From Octopus bimaculoides (taxonomy: Eukaryota), in assembly GCF_001194135.2 (NCBI RefSeq), contig NC_068991.1:24493065-24557064 (forward strand): 64,000 nucleotides of DNA, read 5' to 3'. The notes under the pieces were generated by a model. It made no database searches. It was not told the DNA's origin and saw nothing but the letters and a program-made list of their open reading frames with translations. Positions 25,557 to 38,568 of the stretch are shown piece after piece; the stretch's first letter is position 1, and each line of letters opens with the position of its first letter. The position numbers and the translations under genes are program-made.

Positions 25557-25623
25557 AATTCAGCTGTTCCATATTGGTCTGTGTAAAGTCCTACAGCTAA
25601 GCCAACAATAATACCAGGAATAA
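25557..25623 (-). CDS. CELSR: CELSR exon: TM4-ECL2 (VIPGIIVGLAVGLYTDQYGTAEF)
   Basis: tttcag|TT ... ATT|gtaagt; 67 nt, phase 1 to 2. Confidence 0.94.
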
Positions 25624-26077
25624 CTGAAAAAATTATACAAATAAGAATAAACAAGACTTGTTTAAATAAATATTCAAAATTTCAGTCGATTTTTACAATA
25701 TTTGTTAAGCAAACAAGAAATAAAAGATATAAGCACTAGAAATTTTTGATATTTAAAAAAAAAAATGTTTAATACACATTTTCAATGTTGGAATGAATGG
25801 ATAGATGACATTTGAAGATTGTTGGTAGAATTTGTTAATCAGATGCATGAAAAACGGACAGAGGCAAGTAGAGTCACGTGACTGACTCAGAAGGTCAAAA
25901 TAAAAGTGACAATAAGGTTTGAACTGAGATTGAGAACCACAGAATGTTTCAAAAGATGATTTCAGAACAAATCTTTTGACAATTTTATACAAGAGAATGT
26001 AAAAAGACAACTAAATAAATATATAAATATATAACTACATGAATAAAAATAAATGACAAAGAAAGCAACGGACTTAC

Positions 26078-26231
26078 CAAAACCAACAAGATAATAAAAC
26101 TTCATTGAACCAGTATTTATATCACGTATTTCTGTTAACATACGGTAGATATGAAGTATTTCCACAAACAACCAAGCAAATGTACTGATGAAGAAATAAT
26201 GAAGGAAGATGGCAACAATGCGGCAGAGTAT
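26078..26231 (-). CDS. CELSR: CELSR exon: TM3-ICL2 (ILCRIVAIFLHYFFISTFAWLFVEILHIYRMLTEIRDINTGSMKFYYLVGF)
   Basis: tttcag|ATA ... TTG|gtaagt; 154 nt, phase 0 to 1. Confidence 0.96.
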
Positions 26232-26871
26232 CTGAAATAAAGAAATGAGGAATGATTATTTCAGGATTACTGCTTATTGATAAGGGAAACCAATATAAAG
26301 TGGAGTACATTGGATAGGCTTTTTTTTCTATGTTAAGAGAACATAGGATTTTGTACAGGTAGGTTTGGCTGGTATGCTTAAGAAATTCATTTCACAATCA
26401 CATGTTTCCAGGTTTGATTCCAGTGAATGGCATGTTTGGCAAGTGTCTTCTACTATAGCTTTGGGGTGACCAAACCAAATAACTTATGAAAGAAATTTAT
26501 TAGATGGAAACTAAAGAATGCTGGTGTGTAGATGTGTGTGTGTGTGTGGAGGGGGAGAGGTTGTGCATATGTATTTTCTAATATTTTTGCCTATGGAATA
26601 TTAGTTTTAATCATATTTGCTCAATGTTCAGAAATGAGAAACTTTAAGACGTGAATCAAGAGACTCAGTAGTGAATAATATAGTTTATGCTTTGTCAAGG
26701 ACACATTGTCTAGTGGTTAAGGTGTTACACTCACAATCATGAAGTAATGGTTTCAATCTTGGACTAGGAGGTGCATTGTGTTCTTAAGAAAAAGACTTCA
26801 TCACACATTGCTCAGCAATCACTTTGACACCTGATGTGTGGTACACTGTGCACCTGCTCAAGCCATGTGTG

Positions 26872-26929
<58 letters not shown>

Positions 26930-27490
26930 CACCTTTAAGAGCCTTTGACACAAAATGCTGATACTTTTTACGAAACAAAATAAAAGCTATTAATTTTGTA
27001 GGTTAGGTTAAATGTTAAATTGCTGCTTAGTTCAGATTCTCAGCTGGATGGGGGCACACACATAAAGCACAAATACATCAAGAATAATCATGAAGTACAG
27101 AAAAGACAAACAAATAAATAATATAGGAAGTTTGAAAAGTAAAAAAAACAAAGTGGAAAAGGCATAGAAATAGGAATCAAAATAATAACAATGAAAGATA
27201 GTGTACAAAGAAAAAAATTACACCAAATGAAAAGAATAGAAAAAGATCTAAGAATAGAAAAGGATCTAAGAATAGAAAAGGTTATGCTCTTTATCAAAGA
27301 GAAGTAAAAGGAAGAGATGTAGGAGAAAAAGAAACTGAAATAATACCAATTTATGATGTCTGCTTACTTTGTAGATAAAATGCATTTTAAAGATTCATAG
27401 AAAACTGGTCTAATGGGGTGGAGGGGAGATGGACGAAGAAGAAAAGAGAGAGGGAGAGGGAGGGAGAGAGATTGGAAAAGTTGAACTTAC

Positions 27491-27697
27491 TTCAGGTTTG
27501 GTCCGAGCAACACCAATAAGGAAGAAGAGCTCAGAGAGAAATATGGATATGATGAAATTGATTCGAATTGTGTTGCAATTTGTGTTCAAGTTTTTCAAGA
27601 GGAAAAATATAAGGAAGGCAAAGCAAAGACATATCATGGATATAATGAGCCCAATGTAGGTAATTGCTTTCAACTGAATGGCATTGGTTGGTACATA
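27491..27697 (-). CDS. CELSR: CELSR exon: TM1-TM2 (YVPTNAIQLKAITYIGLIISMICL...LSELFFLIGVARTKPE)
   Basis: ttacag|TAT ... GAA|gtaagt; 207 nt, phase 0 to 0. Confidence 0.95.
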
Positions 27698-28515
27698 CTG
27701 TAAAGAAAAACAAGTAAAAAAAAGAATTATAAATTTTACTTTTAAAATTCCATATGACTTACCATATATGCTGGTGTAGAAGACAAGCTTCTTTTATTCT
27801 TAAAAATAACAAAAGAATTGCCCAGCATCTGAATTGATAGTATTACAGATGAGATACTGAGTGTATGATGGAACATTTTAAACTTCTTTTACAAACAAAA
27901 TATTTTTTTTCTCAAGAAGTAGTGGTTTGTGTTTTGCAAGAGTGCACCTTTACACACCAACACATTTTGTAAATTTGTGCCGGTCTCATATTACAAAGGA
28001 GATAATCATTTCTTCATAAAGCTCGAAATAATTCCTTTTCTTCAATGTGTATGCAACCGTTTTATTTTAATTATACATAAAATGTAAATTTCCTGGTAAA
28101 AATTCTTGAAAGAAAGCAATGTCCAAGTTGTAATTTTTAAAACATGCTTGTCATAATTTAAATATAACTTAAGTGAGTGAGATTATATATTTTATCCTTT
28201 AATTAGTTTATTTTACAAAATGTATTATTTCTTAAATGTTTAATTACATTCTTGAAAGAAATAATTTTGTACAAATGAATTACACAAATACAGTCATCTC
28301 ACTACAATTCATTGTGTTATCTTCATATCTTATTTCATAGCTTTAAATCTTCAATATTTTTTTATTTGAAATTAGCCAGCTTTTGAAACTAATTACTTCT
28401 AGTTCTCTGATGAAGCAGAATTATGACCAAAAGTATTACACCTTGGACTTACTTGCTCTTTTGTTTTTATTTTAGTTTTGCTTTCCAAACGTAATGTATC
28501 TAAGATAACATGATC

Positions 28516-28820
28516 CATCATCATCATCATTATCGTTTAACGTCCGCTTTCCATGCTAGCATGGGTTAGACGATTTGACTGAGGACTGGTGAACCAGATA
28601 GCTACATCAGGCTCCAGAGTTTCTACAGCTGGATGCCCTTCGTAATGCTAGCCACTCCGAGAGTGTAGTGGGTGCTTTTACGTGCCACTGGCACGAAGGC
28701 CAGTCAGGTGGTACTGGCAATGGCCACGCTCAAAATGGTGTATTTTACATGCCACCTGCACAGGAGCCAGTCCAGCGGCACTGGCAATGATCTCGCTCGA
28801 ATGTCTTTTCATGTGCCAGG
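28516..28820 (-). mobile_element. RTE-type 3' end element
   Basis: catcatcat..cgtttaacgtccgctttccatgctagcatggg...ggatgccctt; inverted relative to 24532-24697. Confidence 0.85.
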
Positions 28821-29521
28821 AAGGCGACGCTGATCCAATGTGTCTGTTTCATTTTAAGATGAAAGAATATAATTCGGGAAAGATCTGACTGTTCTTTCTA
28901 ATAGATTGACCTACCTTACAAGGACACCATGAAGTGATTGCAGTGTTCTTTCAAACAAACTGTGTAACTTGTTTCAGATTGTTTGACAGACAATAGTTTC
29001 TCCTCCTATTTCACAGTGAGGTATATTTAGTGGAGTTCACTTTTGCAAGCATCCTAATTCAGTTCTAGAGAATACTCAGGAGAATGATTGGATGGTCACT
29101 GCTGGAACACCTTTTAATCATAGGTTTGCACAGTCAGGGCTGACCGGGAGCTAAAGAACAATAACAACCACATGCTGTTCCTTCAACTGTAACTGAAATA
29201 ACATCTCTCTCTCTCTCTCTCTTGGTCTGTCATCATTCCTACTGTGCCTCACTTCCTAAACTCAACATTAAACACTTTACTCAACTCTTCTTCTCCACAA
29301 TAATATCCCTCTAAAATTCTTTCCTGTCCACATTTACATCAAAGTACCCACTTATAGAAGTTGAAGTTGAATATCAATAACATTAACCCCACAAACCCAA
29401 TCCCATATTCAGTAGGACCAGTAAAAGTCATGAGTGTCAACAATCTTCCTTGCTACAATCAAATAATATAGCAATAATTAAAATAAAAAATGTAAGACTG
29501 TACCCATACTACATAGAACTT

Positions 29522-29559
<38 letters not shown>

Positions 29560-30976
29560 NNNNNNNNNNNNNNNNNNNNNNNNNNNNNNNNNNNNNNNNN
29601 NNNNNNNNNNNNNNNNNNNNNNNNNNNNNNNNNNNNNNNNNNNNNNNNNNNNNNNNNNNNNNNNNNNNNNNNNNNNNNNNNNNNNNNNNNNNNNNNNNNN
29701 NNNNNNNNNNNNNNNNNNNNNNNNNNNNNNNNNNNNNNNNNNNNNNNNNNNNNNNNNNNNNNNNNNNNNNNNNNNNNNNNNNNNNNNNNNNNNNNNNNNN
29801 NNNNNNNNNNNNNNNNNNNNNNNNNNNNNNNNNNNNNNNNNNNNNNNNNNNNNNNNNNNNNNNNNNNNNNNNNNNNNNNNNNNNNNNNATATTCAACTGA
29901 TATTCTCCTTAAATAAATATTAATACACTTGATGTAGTGAGGAAAAAATTAAGGCTCTCCCTGTCATAAAATGCTCAAATCTGATGACAGCAATTAATAC
30001 AATTAGAATTAGAATTGCAATGAGAGTCAAGGAAAGAAAACATTAGCACAAACATTTGTACTAATTAAATTTGATCATCAGGAAACAGCAATAACTCTAG
30101 ACCTCCTAGTCTTTTCTATGGGACTAACTCACCCCACCACTGCATATTAGACGTAACATTACACATACCCTAACACTATCTTTGGATGATAGCTTTAATT
30201 TGTCACCCTGTTGCAAGCAATCAGAACAGGTTTCTTGTATGCAAATAACTAACTCCTACCCGTTTTGAAGTTGAAGAAACTGTCTTTTTTCCCCTGACAA
30301 AGTGATTAAAAAAAACCTAATCTGCTAGGTGATGAAAGTAAGTATTTAAAATGATTAGTACATACAAGGATGGATAAAAGTAACCTTATTACCATTATCT
30401 GCTATATTTCTATTCAGTAATTGATGTAATATTTAGAAGATATTGCTTTTGAAGTTGTTTTCCCTTTCAACATACAAATACTTGCAACTGAGTGGATTCC
30501 TCTAAAAGTGCTCAAAGTATCACATGGGGCCAGATGGCAGATTAAGTCTAAAACCAATACTACAAAGCATCTGATCCAACATTCTTACCATTCTGCCAAT
30601 CCCCTGCTTTGGATTGTTACTTTCCAATCAACTCCAAAAGGATGAAAGGCAAAGTTGGTCCTGACAAGATTTGAACTCAGTGTATTGGGAGCCAGAACAA
30701 ATACTGCAAAGCATTCTATCTGATGCTCTAACATCTCTGCCAAATCACTGCCTGGTTAACAGACTTTTGAGGTAAGTCTAGAAAGGGATAGCTCAAAAAC
30801 ATCTCATATTTTCTTACTGTCAAAAGGTTATCAGAAGGAATCTCTCATCAGAAAAAATCCAAGAACTAATCCAACAAAGGAACTGCTACATGGTTATTCA
30901 ACCTGCTACAAATAACAGTCAAATTTTCCTCAAGACACACTTGACCATCTTAAAAAAGGAATGATATATTGAGAAG

Positions 30977-31280
30977 GCACATGGCTCAGTGGTTAGGGCA
31001 TTTGGCTCACAATTGTAAGATCATGAGTTTGATATCTTGGTGCACTGTGTCCTTGAGCAAGTTACTTTATTTCAAGTTGCTTCAGTCCATTCAGCTGGCA
31101 AAACTGAGTTGTATCAGTATTTCAAAGAGTCAGCTTTGTCACTTTGTATCACACTGAATCTCCCTAAGAACTGCATTAAGGACATGTGGATTTGTGGAAT
31201 GCTCAGCTACTTGCACATTACTTTCACGAGCAACTTGTTCCATTGATCAGATCAACTGGAACACTCATCGCTGTAACTAT
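30977..31280 (+). mobile_element. tRNA-derived SINE family C (other copies near 4240-4410, 12780-12935, 21780-21900, 36090-36320, 52080-52290)
   Basis: ggcacatggctcagtggttaggg (A box) ... tgtccttgagcaagttactttatttcaagttgcttcagtccattcagctg shared central domain. Confidence 0.75.
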
Positions 31281-31699
31281 AGGAAACATTGGATAATGTA
31301 GCCTTAGATATACTCTCTAAGATTGGATGGTCATGGCTGGGTACATTTGTCAATAGGTCTGTTCATTCAGAGAAAATTGCAACATAAGATAGCGAAAATA
31401 AGTAAAAACAGAAAGAAAATGATGGCTAGCAACTCAGTAGATTAGAAAACTTGCTAATCAAGTCATTATATTTTACTTTAACATTTTTTAGTAAATATTT
31501 TATTGTTTTATTATTTTTCACTGCCATCATGGTTTGGATTGTTTAAAAAGATAAAAAATCTACAATTTCAAGGTAATATTTTACATATAAGTAGACTGAC
31601 AAAATTAAAATAATGTCTCAACTAATGGGATCCAAGTAAATTCCACATCTTATAAATGTTCTTGTATGTATTTGGATGAATAAATTTGTAGATCTACAT

Positions 31700-31948
31700 C
31701 AGTGATTTTCAACCCCTATGGACCCCTTTCATTCCTATTTTACTTTGCTGAACCCTAATAAACATATGATATTTTAAAAAAGTTCCATTATATTTTTATA
31801 ATTAAGTATCACAAGGAATTATATAAAAAAAATTATTGAAATAATTTGTTCATTCTAGAAGTATAACCAGTTATTTGCACAGAAATGCTAACAGCAAAAT
31901 CTTATGTGGACTCCTAAGGGTCATGTGGACCCCAGTTGAGAACCACTG
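31700..31948. mobile_element. hAT-type non-autonomous element (MITE)
   Basis: TIRs CAGTGATTTTCAAC / GTTGAGAACCACTG; perfect 8 bp TSD ATCTACAT at 31692-31699 and 31949-31956. Confidence 0.9.
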
Positions 31949-33309
31949 ATCTACATAATAATGTTTTATGCCTATTAAGGAAGCAAATGAGAGAAAGAGA
32001 GCTAAATGTGCTAAGCTGGTGGAGCTATACCAAAACAATTAGTGGCAAGTTAAGTGTGAGCTCATTGAGGTGAGATGCAGAGGATTTGCAGGCCAGTCTC
32101 TCTAAAGAGCCTACAACATGCTGAGCATCATGCACAATAAGGCTTCTGCACAATTTCCATCAACTAAATTCATTCACAAGACATTGGCTGGCCCAGGGCT
32201 ATAGTAGAAGACACTTGCCTAAGCAACTGTGCAGTGAGATTGAACCTGAAACTATGTGATTGTTAATCAAACTTCTTAACCACAAATCCATATATAAGAT
32301 AATTAAGAAAATCTTAGTACTCCATTAATATTTGTAGGTTATTAGTAAATTTTTATGATTAAAGCATGCTCAAGTTTTAGTCAAAAAGCCAGGAAATATA
32401 GACTAAGAAAGGTTTATATACATTATTTTATTTGCTTTAATAATGATATATTTTTCAAAAATAATACATTTTGTAACATGATTCTTTATTGAAATACAAC
32501 TGAAGTTGACAATAGAAAATATTTTCATTTTGGCATGCTTGACTATAAAAAATATTAACTAAATTTTGCAATTAGATTTTCATCTAATTTGAATAAGCGA
32601 TATTTTGATTTATTTTGCATCATCAAACAGTGAAGGCTACTGTAGTGTTTCTCAAAGTCAGAGAAACTTACTGAATCTGTACAACAGCCAGATTTACAAT
32701 ACTAACAAGAAGATTGTAATACTGATAAAATAAATTATTAAAATATAATATATAAGAATAAATTTAACTCTGAGTGAAACTCTTAAAAATATATAACTTT
32801 CTTTGCAATAACTGAAGATAAAAATATATAAAAAAGATAAAGCAGTTGAAATACACTCTCTTGGAATATTAAAAAAAAAACAAAAACGAAAGAGGTTGAT
32901 CATTAAGTTCAGATTCTTTCAGAAACTCAAAGAGCTCCTTAGTAAAGATTTCCAAAAATAGCCAAAAGTTATTGGACTCTATGCTCTCTGAAATTTACCA
33001 ACACTACTCTTGACATGTCTATGCACCCTTTCCTCTTTATGGCTCTTTTACTTTTCACTTTTCTGTCTTTTTTAGTTTTATTCTATGTATTATGCATGAA
33101 TTTTTGGTTTCTATTGCTGTCTTTCTTTACTTGACTTATTGCTGCTCTGTTCTCAGCTTTATCTTTTTCCAATTAGTTGTAGTGCACCTGAGTATTGTAT
33201 ACATAAGCTCATTATTATATGATGTTTTACATTGGTTGCAATTTGGACTCCTGGAAAGACCATTAAAGTGAGAAAGAAGTAAATTTCAAAGGAAAGCACA
33301 TTATCCTAC

Positions 33310-33442
33310 CTCAATGTTACTCATGTCCATGAGAACAGCATAGGTACTAAGATGTGAGCAGGAACAGACCACATATGTGTCTTCATTCAGCTGAAAATGG
33401 TCAGTCATCTCACATCCTTTCCTCGACCAATATCCATTTAAC
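33310..33442 (-). CDS. CELSR: CELSR exon: GPS motif and tethered-agonist segment (GLNGYWSRKGCEMTDHFQLNEDTYVVCSCSHL/STYAVLMDMSNIE)
   Basis: ttgtag|G ... GAG|gtagga; 133 nt, phase 2 to 0; WSxxGC and CxCxHLS motifs. Confidence 0.95.
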
Positions 33443-33603
33443 CTACAAATAACATTAAAAAAAGCAATAAGAGAAAATTAGAAAGAATCACAAAATATTA
33501 TTGTCAAAAAGATGAAGAAAATGATTTAAAGCAAAATAAGTAAACCAAAACAAGTTTGAAATAAAATACAAAAAAGTGGTGGGGAGGGCACAAAAGTTTA
33601 TTA

Positions 33604-34485
33604 TATGAGGGGGGTACCCAAAAGAAATCAGAATTTTGCAATCTTATTTTATACACTTAGTTTTACATGATTACACTTTTATTGCCTTCAAAGTATTCTC
33701 CATTTAAAGTTATGTTTGAAGCAGTCCTGGAACTCTTGTGGAGTGATGCTTTTAACGCCTCTGTCATTTTTTTCTTCACCTCTTCTGCATCTGCAAATTT
33801 TGTAGCACCAACTTTTGTCACTAGTAATGACCTTTGAAAAAAGGTCCAGATCAACTTCCAACTGTTCTTTCATGTTCACAACATGCATTCAGTTGTAACT
33901 GCTTTTGATATTCTGTGAGCAAGCGAGGCACAAATTTTGCTGCAACACTTTTCATTCACAATTCCTCACTCATAATTCATTGGCAGGAGCTCCAGGACAC
34001 ACCAGTCACATCAACAAGTGTGTTGATTGTTCGGTGACAGTCCTCTATGATCAGTTCATGAATTTTCATGTTTTCATTCATTCGGAAGGTTAATGGTCAT
34101 CCTGAATGAGGATGGTCTTCAAGTGACAAGTGACCATTCCTAAAGTGTGAAAATCACTTGTAAACTTGTGTTTTGCTCATGACAGCAGCCTTGTAAGCTG
34201 TTTCAGGCATGACAGCTGTTTTGGCCACCATTTTCCCCAGCAGAAAGCAGAATTTCACAGAAGCACATTGTTCCGTCATTTCAGCCATCGCAAAAATTGA
34301 TGAAGAGGGGAGGAGCACTGCAAAACAAAGACGCACCACGTGGCAATATGACCCTATTGAACAATGCTGGTCAGCAGACTGATGCCTGAGGGTTGCATCA
34401 ACTGATTTCTAGCAGTGGAAGCCTGAACTATAATGGGCTTGTCTCATAGAGAACATTTCCTGTTACTTTTGGGTATCCCCTCATA
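33604..34485 (-). mobile_element. Internally deleted mariner transposon
   Basis: ~28 bp TIRs TA|TGAGGGGGGTACCCAAAAG and CTTTTGGGTATCCCCTCA|TA; degenerate transposase MAEMTEQCASVKFCFLLGK..., AKFVPRLLT, ITSDKSWCY joined directly to KFADAEEVKKKMTEAL...NGEYFEG, so most of the catalytic domain is missing. Confidence 0.92.
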
Positions 34486-34737
34486 TATATATAGGTTATG
34501 TTTAAAATTAAAGTTTAGGTAGGAGACTTTAAAATGCAGTATCCAAATCTTGTTTTGGGTATGTACCTAGTAGTGTACCTTGAGAGCACGTTCACTACAT
34601 ACAGCTACCAGGCATCAACCATGGTATTACACTTTAGTCGCAGGAACTACATAAGGAATTCCTCGGTGCACATTCAGTATATTTTAAATAATTGATAGGG
34701 AAGACAGAGTGTAGTGTAAGCTTTATTTAGCTCGATG

Positions 34738-34908
34738 ATCGTTTCAGCTTACATCTGCACTGCTCCCTCATGGGTGGGGAACGATATAATGGAATTGAAT
34801 GCACCCCCCCCCCCACCATCAGGTTTCTTCTTCACTGTGGAGTGCATTGGATTCCATTATATCGTTCCTCACCCACTAGGGAACAGTGCAGATGTAAGCC
34901 GAAATGAT
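34738..34908. repeat. Fold-back element with ~66 bp imperfect inverted arms
   Basis: 34738-34803 is the reverse complement of 34843-34908 with a few mismatches. Confidence 0.88.
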
Positions 34909-35137
34909 AGTCTAAATAAAGCTTACAGTACACTCTGTCTTCCCTATCAATTATTTTATATATATATATATATAAATTTATGTATATATTAATATTACCT
35001 TGGTTGAAAAAACTTTGATAATGTAAATATGTTAATAGTTACCATGGATAGCAAAAATCACACAAAAACTAGGATATCACACCCATTTTATAGGTAGAAA
35101 TACCAAGTAAAAGTGATGTATTTGGAGTAGATATGAA

Positions 35138-35285
35138 TAATAATAATAAATGGAGCAAAACGCATATAAACAATAAGTTCCTTTAATTCCAACATATGGA
35201 ATAGAGTTCACATATATTTTGAAACATATGTAGGAATTAAAGGAACTTATTGTTTATATGCGTTTTGCTCCATTTATTATTATTC
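35138..35285. repeat. Fold-back element with ~60 bp near-perfect arms and a 26 nt loop
   Basis: aaatggagcaaaacgcatataaacaataagttcctttaattccaacatatg versus catatgtaggaattaaaggaacttattgtttatatgcgttttgctccattt. Confidence 0.92.
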
Positions 35286-35328
35286 TTCATATATATATAT
35301 ATCCACACACACTCACACATACACTTAC

Positions 35329-35505
35329 CCACGGTTGAATGGTTGCCAATAAACACACTGAGGACTTGTTCTGTTATGGTTAACAAGCTGCTTAAATGTA
35401 ATATTTATTGGTTCAGATGTGTGACCTTTAACATGATGTTGCTGGTTCTGTAGAATGAGACTAATAATAGGAGTGCTGATAGCCATTGGTCGATCAGGTA
35501 TTTTT
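35329..35505 (-). CDS. CELSR: CELSR exon: GAIN and first half of GPS (KIPDRPMAISTPIISLIL...NRTSPQCVYWQPFNRG)
   Basis: ttacag|A ... TGG|gtaagt; 177 nt, phase 2 to 2; PQCVYW motif. Confidence 0.94.
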
Positions 35506-35515
35506 CTGTAATAAC

Positions 35516-35549
<34 letters not shown>

Positions 35550-38456
35550 GCAAACCACAGCACATACCCAAGGCACACAGAGCTGCGCTAGGTAGTGAAA
35601 TGAAAGCACATTATAAAAATAAAACTACTGAATAATAATAATGGTGGTTTCAAATTTTGGCACATGGCCAGCAATTTTAAGGAGGGGATAGCTATGTTGA
35701 CCCCTATGCTCAATTGGTACTTATTTTATTGACCCTAGAAAAATAAAAGGCAAAATTGTCCTCCATTTTACTCTTTTCCAATTAGTTATAGTGTGCCTAA
35801 GCATTATATACAATAAGCTCATTATTTTATAAAACATGACCAGCTTGTCCTCCACCTCCCCAAATGATATATTCCAGGTCATATTATTCAACATGTCTGC
35901 TTTAAAGTATCAAGGTCTTTGAAAGAGATTTGACAGCTATTTCTAGCTGGTTAAGTGGTCGCATTGAAATTATGTACCTGTGTACATTTTGTACACAGAT
36001 ACATACACATACACACATTCATACAAATACATGTATATGTACCCCCACTCCAATACATACATAAATAAAAGAAAAAATGTTTCCTTCTCGAGCCATGCCA
36101 GACTCATAAGGGCTGGTTTCCTAGTTTCAGTGACATATATATTCCCCACCTGGACAGGATGCCAATCCATTACAGGATTACTCATTTTTGCCAACTGAGT
36201 AGACTGGAGTAATGTGAAATGAAGTGTTTTGCTGAAGAACACAACACATTGCCCAGTCCAGGAATTGAAACCACAATCTCATGATCATGAGTCCAACACC
36301 CTAACCACTAAGTCATGCGCCTCTACGTATACATACATACATTCATACAAATACATACATACACCACACCTACAGACATACACACATATTCCATCTACCA
36401 AATCTTTTGAAATAAACTACTTTGATAAGAGTGCAGAAGCATCCACCTTTTGAAAGCACAAATGTTATTAACTCTATAAGTACTTTAAACATCATATTCA
36501 TTAGAGGAGTTGTCTGTGAGACAGATGTGCTCACATGAAAACACTTAAAGAATAAGCTACTTAAAAAAAGGTAAGAGAATGAAGAACTATCTTTTCTCAT
36601 TTTCGTTTTCATTCATTAACTCAAACAAAATTTAAAAAAAAAACTCTCAAAACAATCCCAGACAAATATGAACCACAATGAGATTCTCAAGTAAGTGTTT
36701 GCTTCAATAACTCAAGATAAGCAGGAGTGTGTGCATGTGTGAGGTGAGAGTGAAATATGTGTACATTCATCCAATGTGTCTGTGCTGAGTAGATAAGGTG
36801 TTGAACTACCAGCCTCTGGTTTATGAGTCTCGATCTATTGCAGATGTTTCATTATTTCTAAACAGGAAATGTTATTCTATGTATGTTAGTTCACTTCATT
36901 GTTGGGTATAAATATAAGACATGTAACCTAACTAGGGGACTTTTTTCACTTTACATTATTCCATAAAACTAGGAGCTGAATACCAGTCTCTTAAGGATCT
37001 CCCAAGGCTTAGATGATACTTATATTATATTTTCCAAGAAGCATTTCTAAGAGCTATTTTTTTTTAATCATGAGTTAAAGATCTTTCTATTAGCATTGTG
37101 TAAAGCAGACACTGGAGCATGATGCAGTCCTTGGCCCCATCAGATCCTGTCAAACTATCCAACCCATGCCAACTTTGATTATGCTTGTAGTGTAACAACA
37201 GTAATTGTAGTGGAGAAGGTGTAAATCACAATTGAGTAATCAGTTGATTTCAATACCTAAAATTACAGAGCTATGCAAAAATAACTATACTAGCATTGAG
37301 AAAGAGAAATACCAAATACCAAAAAGAAATAAATACAAGGAAATGATACTATCATGGCAACAGATTTTATGATGGTTTATGTCTGTCTTGTATGTTGATA
37401 TTTTAGTACAGAACAGAAGCATTTACAGATCTTAAATATTTATTGATAAACATGAAAGCTGCAATTGAGTGATTCATAAGGATGCTAGTTCAGTAAGCAA
37501 AGGGTTAGTAATTTGTATCTAATCTTTGGGGCCACAATATAACTCTAGCTAAAGCTATACATAACTTTTAATAACCCATCGCCTACCTGTAATAGATAGC
37601 AGTTTTCCACTCCAAGTAGCAAACAATACTGGTAGTTGTTTTTGTTAGCTTATAGTGCTGAACTCAACTTTTCTCATGAGTATAGATCATAGATGAATGG
37701 GTTTGTAGGATTGAATTGGGTTCATTGGGGCCCATAAATCCAGTAGGTTTCAGAACATGTACACACAAGAGGTCATGAGATATATTTGCATTTTTGTCTT
37801 TTCAGCTTTGAGGCCATTTGAAGCTTGGTGATTAATCATAGTTTCATGGTATTAAGTGGATGAAAGACAAACTTCTCTTTGGATCAAATGAGTTTCTATC
37901 TCATGTAACATTCCTAAAGTATTTGTTACTTATTCCCAATAGTTATATGAATTAAGGTTCATAGGATTAAGTATACAAACAACATAGACAACAAAACACC
38001 TGCAGTTGATATGAACTCAAAGAATTTAGGTTTGTAGTTCATACAATATCTTTTCAACTATTTGCTTCTGGGCTAGTTAGCTACTATCAAGGAACAACTC
38101 TAGAGTAAAAATAAATAGTTGAAAAATATCTTTTTTTTTTTGAGAATATTTCTATCAAGCAACAATGCTAAACCCTTCATTTTGTCTTTATATGATAATT
38201 TTTTTTTTTTTTTCTAGATTAATTAATAATCGAGATAGGAGAAAATCCTTTGTGATTGTTATATTGTATACTCTTTAGTTGGAATAATAAACAGAAGGGA
38301 GTATCAATATTTATATGCCACAAACACATACTTATAACTGGAAAGGCTTGCTGTTAACTACACTCTCAATTTATCATGAACCTTTAAATACATATACAAA
38401 TTGGAAAACAGAAATGACCAAAAATAATGCTAAATTAAAAGACTGTGTTAACATAC

Positions 38457-38568
38457 CGCACTGTTTCATCATAGTTTTCTGGCATTACATCACCTAGACT
38501 TCGGTAAATCATGTAACCTACAATAGCTTTACCAGATGGGTTTTGCTTATGAGGTGGAATTGTGCCAA
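38457..38568 (-). CDS. CELSR: CELSR exon: GAIN (FGTIPPHKQNPSGKAIVGYMIYRSLGDVMPENYDETVR)
   Basis: tttcag|TT ... GCG|gtatgt; 112 nt, phase 1 to 2; not in the ORF track. Confidence 0.92.

Noticed and set aside
34880-34915. GCAGATGTAAGCCGAAATGATAGTC as a hammerhead
   Set aside because: There is no CUGANGA and no stem II.
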